From Rhodothermales bacterium (lineage in GTDB: Bacteria; Bacteroidota; Rhodothermia; Rhodothermales; Bin80), in contig JAJEDR010000089.1 of the NCBI GenBank assembly GCA_022821385.1, positions 24,747-88,746 on the forward strand: 64,000 nt of DNA, read 5' to 3'. How positions within the stretch are numbered: position 1 is the first letter of the stretch; each line of letters starts with the position of its first letter. Of the stretch, positions 10,569 through 21,370 are shown one piece after another. A program made the translations under genes and the position numbers. Under the pieces are notes generated by a model. That model was not told where the DNA came from and searched no databases. It saw nothing but the letters and a program-made list of their open reading frames with translations.

Positions 10569-10724
10569 ATGAAACGCACCTACCAGCCAAGTCGGCGAAA
10601 GCGTCGCAATAAGCACGGATTTCGCTCGAGAATGGCAGACAAGGATGGTCGCAATGTGTTGGCGAGACGCCGCCGAAAGGGACGCAAAAGCCTTTCGGTG
10701 AGCGATCGTTATGTTGGCAAGTAA
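10569..10724 (+). CDS. rpmH: 50S ribosomal protein L34
   Basis: Not in the ORF track (51 aa). [22 protein letters not shown]... followed directly by rnpA. Confidence 0.95.
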   Translation: MKRTYQPSRRKRRNKHGFRSRMADKDGRNVLARRRRKGRKSLSVSDRYVGK

Positions 10725-10727
10725 TTT

Positions 10728-11159
10728 ATGGAAGCGGCGCCTGTGCAGCGGTTTCCGCGTTCGATGCGCTTAAAGCGTCGTCGACTGATTAAATCGCTTT
10801 TTGACCGGTCAAATCCGGAGGTAGAGTCTGTAGTAACGGCAAATGTCCGGATATTGTACCGGTTTGTTCCTAGTTCTGCGACAGGGACAGATGCGCCGGT
10901 ACAGGTAGGATTTGCGCCTGGTCGATGCAGGAATGCTGTTCAGCGTAACCGGTTGAGACGATGCATGCGCGAAGTCTGGCGAACGCATCAATATCTGATA
11001 GACCCCAAAAAATTTCCTTCGGCGAAGTCGTTAATACTAATGATCCTTGTGCGCAGCCCCAAACATATTGAAAAACTGTCGAAGGATATAGTGCAGGCAA
11101 TGCGCAGCCTGAGCAGTAGACTAAATAAATTCCAGGAAGGGGTAACGAGTGGACCGTAA
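10728..11159 (+). CDS. rnpA: ribonuclease P protein component
   Basis: Position between rpmH and yidC; basic protein with RLKRRRLIKSLF. Confidence 0.85.
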   Translation: MEAAPVQRFPRSMRLKRRRLIKSLFDRSNPEVESVVTANVRILYRFVPSSATGTDAPVQVGFAPGRCRNAVQRNRLRRCMREVWRTHQYLIDPKKFPSAKSLILMILVRSPKHIEKLSKDIVQAMRSLSSRLNKFQEGVTSGP

Positions 11160-12930
11160 TACGATTATTGCTGTCATCCTGATCACGGGTATTATGGCCG
11201 TGTGGATGATTATGATGCCCCCACCGCAGGCTCCAGAGCCAGTGGTTGAAGAGGTGCAGGTTGCATCAGATTCGTTGGATTCAACCAACGCGGCAGACTC
11301 GCCGGAACAGGTCTCTGCGCCCGTGCAGCTGCCGGAGGCCGCACAAGTGCACGCCACGCGTGAAATCGTGGTAGATACGGACCTGTATACCGCACGACTT
11401 TCAGACCTGGGTGCAACCCTCACAGGCTTTGAACTGAAGGAGTTTCTACAGTTTGATCAGGTGAGACAGGTCCAAATGGTCGACAGTACGGGCCGTGGCG
11501 CCGTAGGAGTTGAGTTTCAATCTCCCGGATCACGAAACATTTATACGCGGGATCTGCTGTTCGTGCAGCGTGACTCAATGGATGTGGTTGATGCTACTAC
11601 AGCGCCGGCCACCGTGGTATTTGAAGCCGGTATTGGCAATGGCAGACTGCAGTTCGCCTATACATTTAAGCCAGGTGATTATGAGGTTGAGCTGGAAGTG
11701 ACCCATATTAATCCGGCAGGTTTTCAGACGTCAGAGGGGTATGAGCTAGTATGGTATGGTGGTATTCCATTTAGTGAAGATGCGAACAACCGGAAAGAAG
11801 AAATAACCAAAGTTGGCGCATATGCAAGAAGCGGCAATGATGTAGAAGGGATCACACTGCAGGGGGATGAATGGGCCGAGCGAGTTTTACGGGGTAATGT
11901 GTCCTGGGTGGGGGTCAAAAACAAATATTTTGGCGCGGTGATCGTGACGGACAGACCGGCTCTTGAGGCTGTTCTTGAGGGCGAGCGAATCGGAGACACA
12001 GAAGATCCGGCGGTAGCGGTCAATTTCGAGGCCGCGCTGTTCATGGGACCTCCCGACGATACGCCCGATACGTTTCGATTGTATCTGGGTCCACTTGAGT
12101 ATGGCAAGATCAAGCGTTACGAAGGCGCATACGGTATAGTGGACTATGGCTGGGACGCGTTCGAGTGGATGACGCGCCCGCTAGCAGTGGCTGTATTTAT
12201 TCCCGCGTTCTCCTTTCTGAGCAGCCTAATTCCCAACTATGGCCTAGTAATCATTCTCTTTTGTCTGCTAATCAAAGTGGTTTTGCTGCCGCTGACGCTC
12301 AGTTCCTACAAGAGCATGGCGAAAATGCGCGAATTGCAGCCGAAGATGCAGGAGATAAAGGAGAAGTATGCGGACAATCCAGAAAAACAGCAGCAGGCGA
12401 CGATCAAAATGTATCGCGAATCCGGGACGAATCCGCTTGGTGCATGTTTGCCTATGCTGCTGCAATACCCGATTATTATTGCTCTCTGGCAGTTTCTGCA
12501 ACAATCAATCGAAATCAGGCAGGAGGGGTTTTTGTGGGCGGCCGATCTCTCGGCTCCAGATGCAATTTTGAATCTTCCATTCACCATCCCATTCTACGGA
12601 GATTTTGTTGCAGGCTTTACGGTCCTCATGGGGCTGTCTATGATTGTACAGATGCGTCTGCAGGCCACGCCAGCCTCTGGACCGCAGGCGAAAATTTTCA
12701 TGTACGTAATGCCAGGTGTAATCTTCGTTATATTCAACAGGTTGCCGTCGGGATTAAGTTTGTACTACTTCTGTTACAATGTTTTTTCTGCGGTGCAACA
12801 GCAGTTTATCAACAAATCGGTAAAGAAAAACCCCGATTCTCGCAAAAGCGTCGTCAAGAAATCGGCTGGGCGCAAGCCGGTAAGCAAGATAGCTACCGGA
12901 AAACGACGGGGTAAGAAAGGTCGCAGGTAA
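11149..12930 (+). CDS. yidC: membrane protein insertase YidC
   Basis: N-terminal TM segment, large periplasmic domain, C-terminal 60-kDa IMP core (NYGLVIILFCLLIKVVLLPLT, MAKMRELQPKMQEIKEKY) and a basic tail. Confidence 0.9.
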   Translation: MDRNTIIAVILITGIMAVWMIMMPPPQAPEPVVEEVQVASDSLDSTNAADSPEQVSAPVQLPEAAQVHATREIVVDTDLYTARLSDLGATLTGFELKEFLQFDQVRQVQMVDSTGRGAVGVEFQSPGSRNIYTRDLLFVQRDSMDVVDATTAPATVVFEAGIGNGRLQFAYTFKPGDYEVELEVTHINPAGFQTSEGYELVWYGGIPFSEDANNRKEEITKVGAYARSGNDVEGITLQGDEWAERVLRGNVSWVGVKNKYFGAVIVTDRPALEAVLEGERIGDTEDPAVAVNFEAALFMGPPDDTPDTFRLYLGPLEYGKIKRYEGAYGIVDYGWDAFEWMTRPLAVAVFIPAFSFLSSLIPNYGLVIILFCLLIKVVLLPLTLSSYKSMAKMRELQPKMQEIKEKYADNPEKQQQATIKMYRESGTNPLGACLPMLLQYPIIIALWQFLQQSIEIRQEGFLWAADLSAPDAILNLPFTIPFYGDFVAGFTVLMGLSMIVQMRLQATPASGPQAKIFMYVMPGVIFVIFNRLPSGLSLYYFCYNVFSAVQQQFINKSVKKNPDSRKSVVKKSAGRKPVSKIATGKRRGKKGRR

Positions 12931-12936
12931 CTCGAT

Positions 12937-14283
12937 ATGTTCGCCCAGGATACGATTGCGGCGATTGCGACCGCACCTGGTCTTGCGGCGCTCACAATTG
13001 TTCGTCTTTCTGGCCCCGAGGCTCGCCAGGTAGCGTCGAAGTGCTTTGCCGGGCAAGATTTGACCGCGGTCGAATCCCATACGGCAAATGTAGGTATGTG
13101 GGTGGGTCCGGGGGGAGACCGGATAGACCAGGTGGTTGCTACGGTATTTCTGGCACCTCGTACGTCAACGGGAGAAGATGTGGTAGAGATTACCTGTCAT
13201 GGAGGAGATTACGTGGCTGCGCTTGTACTGCAGAGTATGATTGAGAATGGAGCGCGTTTGGCCCGTCCAGGGGAATTCACACAGCGCGCGTTCCTTTCCG
13301 GGAAAATAGATCTCGCACAGGCGGAAGCGATTGCAGATCTGATTCATTCCACCAGCGAGCGTGCACACCGGACTTCGCTTGCGGCATATGAGGGGCATTA
13401 CTCAGAACAACTTGAAAAGCTGCGTACAGCAATCCTTGAATTGTGTGCGTTAGCAGAGCTGGAGATTGACTTCACCGACGAAGATGTGGAATTTGTCGAT
13501 CGGACCGAGCTCAGAGAGCTGGTCAAACATGCATTGAACCAAACAGACGAGCTACTTCGCTCGGTACGGTTGGGTACAGTGGTACGCGAAGGCATTCGTG
13601 TGGTGATTGCAGGCCGGCCAAATGCAGGCAAATCAACCCTCCTTAACAGCTTGTCAGGCAGGGATCGGGCAATTATCAGCGAGCAGCCGGGGACAACAAG
13701 GGATGTTTTGGAAGCGGATGCTGAGTTTGATGGATTGCGGTTTCGCTTCACAGATACCGCAGGATTGCGACAAAGCACGGACTTAATTGAACAGGAGGGC
13801 GTACGGCGGGCGCATGATATGATAGCGAAGGCAGATATTGTAGTGTACGTGTATGATCTGGTCTACGGGTTAACAGAAGAGGACCTTGATGCGTTGGAGG
13901 AGACAGGAGAGAAAGCGACGATTCTAGTAGGCAACAAAACAGACCTTGTACGGCAGCATACAGGAGAGGGGTTGCTGTTGAGCGCCAAGGAGGGACCCGA
14001 GGCGGTCATTCCTCTTGTACATGAGCTGGTTAAACAAGCTGCCGAGATATTCGGGAATCCAGATGTGTCCAGAACAGTCATGAATGCAAGGCATAAAAAT
14101 CATCTTAAGCAGGCACACGAAGCATTGTTGCGTGCAGGAGCTGCGCTGGATGCCCGAAAGTCGCCGGACATCTTTTCGCTGGATTTGCATGCTGCCGCGC
14201 GCGAGCTCGGAATGATAACCGGAGTGATTACAAACGAAACCGTGCTTGGGGCGATTTTTTCAAGGTTTTGTATTGGCAAATAG
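12937..14283 (+). CDS. mnmE: tRNA modification GTPase MnmE
   Basis: [13 protein letters not shown]1 motif and C-terminal FCIGK. Confidence 0.95.
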   Translation: MFAQDTIAAIATAPGLAALTIVRLSGPEARQVASKCFAGQDLTAVESHTANVGMWVGPGGDRIDQVVATVFLAPRTSTGEDVVEITCHGGDYVAALVLQSMIENGARLARPGEFTQRAFLSGKIDLAQAEAIADLIHSTSERAHRTSLAAYEGHYSEQLEKLRTAILELCALAELEIDFTDEDVEFVDRTELRELVKHALNQTDELLRSVRLGTVVREGIRVVIAGRPNAGKSTLLNSLSGRDRAIISEQPGTTRDVLEADAEFDGLRFRFTDTAGLRQSTDLIEQEGVRRAHDMIAKADIVVYVYDLVYGLTEEDLDALEETGEKATILVGNKTDLVRQHTGEGLLLSAKEGPEAVIPLVHELVKQAAEIFGNPDVSRTVMNARHKNHLKQAHEALLRAGAALDARKSPDIFSLDLHAAARELGMITGVITNETVLGAIFSRFCIGK

Positions 14284-14290
14284 CAGGACG

Positions 14291-16171
14291 ATGTTTTCGA
14301 GGTTTGATGTGATTGTTGTTGGCGGTGGTCATGCCGGGACAGAAGCTGCTGCGGCCGCAGCCCGTATGGGAGCCCGCACGCTCCTGATCACGATGAATCT
14401 TGAAGCTATCGGAAGGATGTCCTGTAATCCTGCCATAGGAGGCATTGGTAAAGGTCACATTGTGCGGGAGATTGATGCATGCGGTGGTATTATGGGGCGT
14501 GCTGCTGATGCAGCAGGTATCCAGTTCAGAATGCTCAACCGTCGCAAGGGCCCGGCGGTGTGGGGTCCACGTGCCCAGTCAGATCGAATAGAATATGCTG
14601 CGTTTGTCCGTGCAGCCCTGGAAGAGGTCCCGGGACTTTATATGCGTGCAGACATGGTTACGGCCTTGGAGGTCGTAGGAGGGCGGATTAGCGGTGTGCG
14701 GACCCGCCTCGGGCGGACTTTTCATGCAGGTGCGGTGATTCTCACAAACGGTACGTTCATGAACGGGCTGATCCATGTGGGAGAGCGTCAGTTCGGGGGA
14801 GGAAGAATGGGAGAACGTCAGAGTACGGGATTGACCGGGCAGCTACAGGAACTGGGGTTTGAGAGTGGTCGACTCAAAACCGGTACCCCGCCTCGCGTTG
14901 ATGGTCGTACGATCGACTACACGGCGGTTAAGGAGCAGCCGGGAGATGAGCAGCCTATGCCCTTTTCGTTTATGACCGATGCACTGACAGACGACCAGAT
15001 GAGTTGCCACCTGACCTGGACCAACCCGCAGGTGCACGCGGTGCTGCGAAAGGGATTTGAGCGCAGTCCGATGTTTAACGGACGAATTGGAGGCACCGGT
15101 CCGAGGTACTGTCCCTCAATAGAGGATAAGATTGATCGGTTTGCTTCTAGGGAACGTCACCAGTTATTCCTTGAGCCTGAGGGCCGTCGAACTACCGAAG
15201 TGTACGTAAATGGCTTCTCTACGAGTTTGCCGGAAGATGTACAGGAGGAGGCGCTTCGACTGATACCGGGGCTGGAGAAGGTTCATATGTTGCGTCCGGG
15301 TTACGCGATTGAATATGATTATTTCCCTCCCCATCAGCTTCGTTATTCGCTGGAAACAAAGAACGTAAGGGGGCTGTTCTTCGCTGGACAGATAAATGGA
15401 ACCACTGGGTACGAGGAAGCGGCTGCCCAGGGGCTAATTGCAGGCATAAATGCAGTTCGTACACTTGAAGGAGCTGCGCCGGTGATTCTACGGCGCTCTG
15501 AAGCTTACATTGGCGTTCTGATTGACGATCTGATTGCCAAGGGGACAGATGAGCCGTACCGAATGTTCACCTCGCGGGCCGAGCATCGCATGCTGCTTCG
15601 TCAGGACAACGCGGATGCGCGGCTTACGCCACTGGCACAGCGTCTGGGATTAGTATCAGAAGCGCGCTGCAATCGGATGCAATCCCGCCGCGATGCGGTG
15701 CAACTCACCATTGACAGGTTGTCAAACCACGCACTCTCCCCGGAAAGTGTTAATCCGTACCTGCGGAAGGTTGGAACGACCCCCATTGTTGAACCAACGA
15801 AAGCAATCCGGCTTGTACGTCGCCCGGAGGTCAATTTCCACGACCTCTTGCGGGCCGCGGACGTTGCTGATCAAATTGTTATCCCGGCACCCGGGATGGA
15901 GCCGGTGGAGCAACTTGTAGAGACCTCGGTGAAGTATGCCGGTTACGTAGAACGGCAGGAAGAAGAAGCAAGAAGGATGGCCAGTATGGAAAGTCGGGAA
16001 ATACCCGCGGGATTTGATTTTGCCACAGTCAATAATATCAGTATGGAGGCCCGGGAAAAGTTGGGCAAGATTCAGCCGGAAACGCTGGGACAGGCTTCAC
16101 GGATCAGCGGGGTAAGTCCGGCAGATATAGCGGTGTTGATGGTTTTACTGAGATCGTATGCACCTTCATAA
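14291..16171 (+). CDS. mnmG: tRNA uridine 5-carboxymethylaminomethyl modification enzyme MnmG
   Basis: [19 protein letters not shown] motif. The ATG at 14291 is preferred to the upstream in-frame start at 14246, which overlaps mnmE. Confidence 0.95.
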   Translation: MFSRFDVIVVGGGHAGTEAAAAAARMGARTLLITMNLEAIGRMSCNPAIGGIGKGHIVREIDACGGIMGRAADAAGIQFRMLNRRKGPAVWGPRAQSDRIEYAAFVRAALEEVPGLYMRADMVTALEVVGGRISGVRTRLGRTFHAGAVILTNGTFMNGLIHVGERQFGGGRMGERQSTGLTGQLQELGFESGRLKTGTPPRVDGRTIDYTAVKEQPGDEQPMPFSFMTDALTDDQMSCHLTWTNPQVHAVLRKGFERSPMFNGRIGGTGPRYCPSIEDKIDRFASRERHQLFLEPEGRRTTEVYVNGFSTSLPEDVQEEALRLIPGLEKVHMLRPGYAIEYDYFPPHQLRYSLETKNVRGLFFAGQINGTTGYEEAAAQGLIAGINAVRTLEGAAPVILRRSEAYIGVLIDDLIAKGTDEPYRMFTSRAEHRMLLRQDNADARLTPLAQRLGLVSEARCNRMQSRRDAVQLTIDRLSNHALSPESVNPYLRKVGTTPIVEPTKAIRLVRRPEVNFHDLLRAADVADQIVIPAPGMEPVEQLVETSVKYAGYVERQEEEARRMASMESREIPAGFDFATVNNISMEAREKLGKIQPETLGQASRISGVSPADIAVLMVLLRSYAPS

Positions 16172-16209
16172 TCTGACGTGAAAAACGGCAGAAGGACATG
16201 GGTACAGAA

Positions 16210-16908
16210 ATGTTTCACGTGAAACAATTGCATTTGGAGCTCCAGACACAGCAGCGCGAAAAACTATTTGCATTTGGCCAGCTGTTGCAGCAGTATAACA
16301 GGAGTCTGAACCTGGTGTCAAGGCGCACGACGGACCGTGGGTTCTTCCGGCATATTCAGGAATGTCTGGCACTCGCGGCGTACCGATTCGAGGATGGATC
16401 TTCGCTTGTGGACTGGGGCACAGGTGGCGGATTGCCGGCGATCCCCCTGGCAATCGTGTTCCCTGAGGTTACCGTACATGCAGTTGATGCGATTCAGAAG
16501 AAGATATTTGCCATAAATACGTTCAAGCGACAGTTAGACTTGCCCAATCTGCAACCTTGGCATGGTCGGGCGGAGCGGTTTGTACACAGGATCAATCACA
16601 GTGTATCGCGTGCGACCGCCCCGCTCTGTACACTTTGGGGCTGGCACGAACGCGTAGCAATTCAGGACAGGAATGGACCTGGAGCCCTCTATTGCCTGAA
16701 AGGTGGAGATATGAGCGCGGAACTTGAGGCGTTAAGAAAGGCCGATTCGAGCGTTCAGGTTAAAATCAAGCCGGTTCCTGAGACAACCCGGGTTGTGGTT
16801 CAGGTAAGACAACTGCGGCCGCCAGGCGACACAGGATTGCGTGAGCAGCCCCGACGGAGAGAATACGCTGCACAATCGCCCGAACCTTGCCCGTTTTCGA
16901 CTCCTTGA
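16210..16908 (+). CDS. rsmG: 16S rRNA (guanine527-N7)-methyltransferase RsmG
   Basis: SAM motif DWGTGGGLPAIPLAI, position after mnmG. The 3' 143 nt overlap the convergent mfd gene, so the last roughly 30 aa may be a non-native extension. Confidence 0.8.
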   Translation: MFHVKQLHLELQTQQREKLFAFGQLLQQYNRSLNLVSRRTTDRGFFRHIQECLALAAYRFEDGSSLVDWGTGGGLPAIPLAIVFPEVTVHAVDAIQKKIFAINTFKRQLDLPNLQPWHGRAERFVHRINHSVSRATAPLCTLWGWHERVAIQDRNGPGALYCLKGGDMSAELEALRKADSSVQVKIKPVPETTRVVVQVRQLRPPGDTGLREQPRRREYAAQSPEPCPFSTP

Positions 16909-19900
16909 GGACATACGGATGCGTGAGTGCGTCCAGCTCCCGCAATAGCGGCTCAAATATTTGTGTGTAGAACCTTTGATCCGCATTACTGTCGGGGAGC
17001 TGCAGGAAAAGGCGCTGATTGCGGAACGCAATCCGGGGGAGGCGGAGCTGCTGTCCCATCAAGCGCATGCGAGCTCCAAGAAGCAACTGTTTGGCTGGCC
17101 TTGGGAGCGGGCCAAACCGGTCACAGAGTTCGTCTTCAAGAGAGGAAAGCGCATCCTGATCTGTTGCATCACCAATTCTTCGATACAGGGCCAGCCGCTC
17201 CAGGTCGCTCTCGACATAAGTCTTGGGCAGAGAGGCTCGGGTTTCCAGGTCGACAATGGTATCCCCCATTGGTGGCGTATCAATGTCCTCAAATAATTCA
17301 GGAAAATCTTCGGCGCGAAGCTCCTGAACCGCTTCTTCCAGCATCCGGTAGTAAGTGCTAAGCCCCAGATCCGCAATAAAACCGCTTTGTTCTCCGCCAA
17401 GGATATTGCCAGCCCCCCGAATGTCCAGATCTCGCATGGCAAGATGAAAACCGCTCCCAAGCTCACTGAATTGCTCAACTGCCTGTAGGCGCTGACGCGC
17501 ATCCCGGCTCAGATCATGAATAGAGGGCACCAGTAAATAGCAGTAGGCCTTCCGGTCACTTCGACCGACACGACCACGCAGTTGGTGGACCTCGGCGAGG
17601 CCAAACATATGGGCGCGATCAATAATGATCGTGTTTGCGTTCGAGATATCCAATCCGTTCTCTACGATTGATGTACAGACCAGCACATCAAACTTATGGT
17701 CGACAAATCCGGTCATCGTCCGCTCAAGTTCGGCGGCCGGCATCTGACCATGCCCGGAGGCAAGCCGAACACCAGGAAGAAGGGCCTGCAATTTGGTTAG
17801 CACTTCTCCAAGAGAGCGCACACGGTTATGGACAAAGAAAGCCTGCCCGCCCCTGTTCACTTCGTAAAGGATAGCATCGCGCACAAGAGACCAGTTCGTA
17901 GAGTGGATTTCTGTGTGGATGGGTTGCCGATTGGGGGGTGGAGTGCCCATGATTGAAAGGTCGCGCGCGCCAATCAGGGAAAATTGCAAGGTGCGTGGAA
18001 TAGGCGTTGCGGTCAGGGTCAGTGTGTCCACGTTCACCCGCATTTCGCGCAGTTTTTCCTTAATTCTCACTCCGAACCGCTGCTCCTCATCCACAATCAG
18101 GAGTCCTAGATCCTGAAAAGCAACATCTTTGGAAACCAGACGGTGTGTTCCGACAAGTATATCCACCATTCCAAGTTTAACATCTGCGAGGAGTTTGCGG
18201 GCCGCTGCACCGGAGATGCGCCGAGAAAGAACCTCAACCCGTACCGGGAACAAGGCCAATCGCTTGCAAAAGGTGAGGTAATGCTGCTGTGCCAGTACGG
18301 TGGTCGGTACCAGGATGGCGACCTGCTTTCCATCCTGGACGGCTTTGAAGGCCGCACGGACAGCGATCTCTGTTTTTCCGAAGCCAACGTCACCGCAAAC
18401 CAGACGGTCCATGGGGGCCTCAGTTTCCATATCACGCTTAACCGCCTCAGCGGCCTCGCGTTGATCCGGTGTATCCTGCCAGGGAAAGGAAGCTTCAAGC
18501 TCGCGCTGCCATACCGAATCCCCGGCAAAGGCGTAGCCCTGAGCGGACTTGCGGCGCGCATACAATCGAATCAGGTCCCGGGCAATATCCTTGATCCGTT
18601 TTTTTGCCCGACTTTTAGCCCGTTCCCATTGACCAGTGCCCAATCGGGTTAGCGAGGGGACCTGACCGTCTTTACCGGCATATTTGCTGAGTTTGTGTAG
18701 CGCGTTAACATTTACATAAACCACATCGTCACGCGCGTAAATAAGTCGAACCACCTCCTGCTCTCGCCCCTTGACTGTGATGGTTCTGAAACCCGTGAAC
18801 TTGCCGATGCCATACTCTCTGTGCACGACCAGGTCTCCGGGCTTGAAATCTTGAAGTTCCTGAAGGCGAATTCCGCCCGTGCGCGAAACCTTGCGGGCCC
18901 GCGGGCGGAAATAGCGGCCGAATATTTCATGGTCTGTGTAGATGGCTAGCCCGATTTCCGGCAGTGAGAATCCACGATGCAGCGAGGCGACCAGGAACGT
19001 CAGTCTACCGGTGTCTTGCATTTCTTCGAGAAGGGATTGCAAGCGTTCTTGCTGCGCTGTACTGTCACAGACGATATAGGTGTGTTTCCGCTCTGAATTC
19101 AGGAGATCCGAGCGAACGGTTTTCATATGTCCGCCAAAAGAGGGCTGAGCATGACCGTTAACCTGAAATGTCGTCTCTGCCGGCCCGAAGGAATCAAAAC
19201 AAATACGGGTGCTGGCTTTGCAGATGCCAACAAAGGATTCAGGGGTCAGATAGCGTTTCTCCGGAACGGGACAGTCGGGATCAGAAATGGATGCAAGAGT
19301 ATATTGCTCCTGTGTTTCTGTCCATTGCGCTTCCGCCATTTCTTCTAGACGAGGCGCGTCAAAAAGGACAAGAAGCGTGTCCTCACCCAGGCGATCCAGT
19401 AGCGAAACCCATCTGATATCCGGGGAGACATCGGTGGGACGGGGAACGATCCGCGCGACTTCCAGCCGACTTATGGAACGCTGACTGACTGCATCAAATT
19501 CACGGATTGATTCAACTTCATTGCCGAAGAACTCAAGGCGCAATGGAAGGCCGCCGGAAAACGGGAAGACATCAACAATGCCGCCTCTCCATGCGGTTTC
19601 GCCAGCTTCCCGCACGAAAGGGACCCGGACAAAGCCTTTACTAGCGAGTTGGTCGACGAGTTTTTCAGGTGGGAGGCGCGCGTCAACGTGTATCGTGAGA
19701 GATTCATTGGCCGTCTTTTCCGGTTCGGGCATGCGTTCAAAGGCGGCCTGGAAGCCGGTAGTCACCAGTGTACGGTCGGAGGTGATGAGTTGCTGGAGCA
19801 CATCGTGGCGTCGAACGGTAGGAGCGGTGTCCTCAACCTGCTCTCTATCGTAGGGCGTACGCCCAAAGGGTGGGTATAGCAGGCTTGGCAAGCCCAGCTC

Positions 19901-20131
19901 CGTCAGGTCACCGTGCAGCAAGCGGGCATCTTCCACATCGGGCAGGAGGCATACAACAGGGCGGCCTGCGGTCCAAGCATGCCGGATCAGAAACGAAGGT
20001 AATGAGCCAGATGCCCCCTGAATCAGACACGTCTGCGTTCCCCGGCTTTTTACACACCATGCACGGAAGTCCCCGAAAACGGGAGCTCGGGCAATACGTG
20101 AATACAGTTTTTGTAGCGGCTGTTCAGTCAA
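16766..20131 (-). CDS. mfd: transcription-repair coupling factor
   Basis: 1121 aa, GDVGFGKTE Walker A, LIVDEEQRFG, with CarD-like and TRG regions recognisable. Confidence 0.95.
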   Translation of the reverse strand: MTEQPLQKLYSRIARAPVFGDFRAWCVKSRGTQTCLIQGASGSLPSFLIRHAWTAGRPVVCLLPDVEDARLLHGDLTELGLPSLLYPPFGRTPYDREQVEDTAPTVRRHDVLQQLITSDRTLVTTGFQAAFERMPEPEKTANESLTIHVDARLPPEKLVDQLASKGFVRVPFVREAGETAWRGGIVDVFPFSGGLPLRLEFFGNEVESIREFDAVSQRSISRLEVARIVPRPTDVSPDIRWVSLLDRLGEDTLLVLFDAPRLEEMAEAQWTETQEQYTLASISDPDCPVPEKRYLTPESFVGICKASTRICFDSFGPAETTFQVNGHAQPSFGGHMKTVRSDLLNSERKHTYIVCDSTAQQERLQSLLEEMQDTGRLTFLVASLHRGFSLPEIGLAIYTDHEIFGRYFRPRARKVSRTGGIRLQELQDFKPGDLVVHREYGIGKFTGFRTITVKGREQEVVRLIYARDDVVYVNVNALHKLSKYAGKDGQVPSLTRLGTGQWERAKSRAKKRIKDIARDLIRLYARRKSAQGYAFAGDSVWQRELEASFPWQDTPDQREAAEAVKRDMETEAPMDRLVCGDVGFGKTEIAVRAAFKAVQDGKQVAILVPTTVLAQQHYLTFCKRLALFPVRVEVLSRRISGAAARKLLADVKLGMVDILVGTHRLVSKDVAFQDLGLLIVDEEQRFGVRIKEKLREMRVNVDTLTLTATPIPRTLQFSLIGARDLSIMGTPPPNRQPIHTEIHSTNWSLVRDAILYEVNRGGQAFFVHNRVRSLGEVLTKLQALLPGVRLASGHGQMPAAELERTMTGFVDHKFDVLVCTSIVENGLDISNANTIIIDRAHMFGLAEVHQLRGRVGRSDRKAYCYLLVPSIHDLSRDARQRLQAVEQFSELGSGFHLAMRDLDIRGAGNILGGEQSGFIADLGLSTYYRMLEEAVQELRAEDFPELFEDIDTPPMGDTIVDLETRASLPKTYVESDLERLALYRRIGDATDQDALSSLEDELCDRFGPLPRPAKQLLLGARMRLMGQQLRLPRIAFRNQRLFLQLPDSNADQRFYTQIFEPLLRELDALTHPYVLKESKTGKVRAIVQRILSVGAAHAILCRLAAAVVLPEPQPGLSQEPA

Positions 20132-20293
20132 ACCAGAAATTGAATTGATTGATAAGGATTTCGCGTTTTGGGTGGGTGCTTCAAGGAGCGTTGATTCAAT
20201 TTTGTACCTCTTTTTTCTTATGCAGACTCCCTTGAAGGACGGTAATTATATGAGAGTTATATATCTATATCAGTTTTTCCACTATATACGGTG

Positions 20294-20316
20294 AATGGCC
20301 GTTGCGGCGGGCCATT
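20294..20316 (-). terminator. possible hairpin downstream of murQ
   Basis: AATGGCC-9 nt-GGCCATT, 26 nt past the murQ stop. No clear U-run. Confidence 0.3.
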
Positions 20317-20341
20317 GACTATGGACGGATGACAATACTGA

Positions 20342-21265
20342 TTATGGAATGGTTTCCAGTGCTCCACGCACAAACCCGCCGGAATTCTCCAGTCGTGCCA
20401 GGGCCTCTTCTCTTGGTAGGTCGGCAAGGATCATTACCAGCGCAGTTTTTACATGCCCGTTTGCGGCTGCAAGTGCTTCAGTTGCTTTGTCATAGCTGAG
20501 GCCGGTTACGGTCATGACCGTGCGACGCGACCTTTGGGTCAGCTTTTCCGCGGTCATCTGTAAGTCGACCATCATATTCTGATACACTTTTCCAAGACGG
20601 ATCATTGAAGCGGTTGTGATCATGTTGAGAACAAGTTTTTGAGCAGTTCCACTTTTCATGCGGGTTGAACCCATAATCACTTCTGGTCCTACTACTACAC
20701 AAATAGCAGCATCCACCTCTATATCGAATGTGGAACGCGGGTTGCAGGTAAGGAACAAGGTCTTGCATCCGATCTGACGAGCTTCGGCTATGGCGCCCAC
20801 GACAAATGGCGTACGTCGGCTCGCAGCAATACCACAAACTACATCCTGCGGGCGCACCCCGGCCACATGCAGCGCCTTCGCGCCATGTGAGGCAACATCT
20901 TCTGCTCCCTCCTGTGCACGAAAAACAGCTTCTTTTCCGCCAGCGATAATACCTTGAATCGTTTCCGGGGAGGTTCCGAATGTGGGCGGACATTCCGAAG
21001 CATCCAGGATGCCGAGGCGCCCGCTGGTTCCTGCGCCTACATAAAACAGGCGTCCACCACTTTCAAGCGCGGCAGTTACAATTTTCACCGCCTGTGCAAT
21101 GTAGGGCAGCTCCTGCGCAACAGCATGGGGGACGCTGCGGTCTTCTGTGTTGATTATGGTGAGAATCTCCTCGACGGAAGCTTTGTCGATATTCATCGAT
21201 CGCGGATTACGCTGCTCCGTTACCAAGCTTTGAAGCTCGTCAAAAAGGGGTGGTGGAATGGGCAT
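20342..21265 (-). CDS. murQ: N-acetylmuramic acid 6-phosphate etherase
   Basis: Collinear with E. coli MurQ as I recall it: GAGTSGRLGILDASECPPTFG, GSTRMKSGTAQKLVLNM, GGFVR tail. Confidence 0.85.
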   Translation of the reverse strand: MPIPPPLFDELQSLVTEQRNPRSMNIDKASVEEILTIINTEDRSVPHAVAQELPYIAQAVKIVTAALESGGRLFYVGAGTSGRLGILDASECPPTFGTSPETIQGIIAGGKEAVFRAQEGAEDVASHGAKALHVAGVRPQDVVCGIAASRRTPFVVGAIAEARQIGCKTLFLTCNPRSTFDIEVDAAICVVVGPEVIMGSTRMKSGTAQKLVLNMITTASMIRLGKVYQNMMVDLQMTAEKLTQRSRRTVMTVTGLSYDKATEALAAANGHVKTALVMILADLPREEALARLENSGGFVRGALETIP

Positions 21266-21370
21266 GGCAGTAATTGGAGAGGTTGGTATACGCTATTCGA
21301 AGTAAAGAGACCATTGGCGAACGAATACACTAAAATTGCGTAAGGATGACAGGCTGTGAATTCCTTGTTT

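Noticed and set aside
10429-16908. Replication origin, suggested by the rpmH-rnpA-yidC-mnmE-mnmG-rsmG cluster with recF nearby.
   Set aside because: No dnaA or dnaN gene in the window. I found no cluster of TTATCCACA-like boxes, only isolated near-matches such as TTATCCGCC at about 27296 and TTTTCCACT at about 20275.
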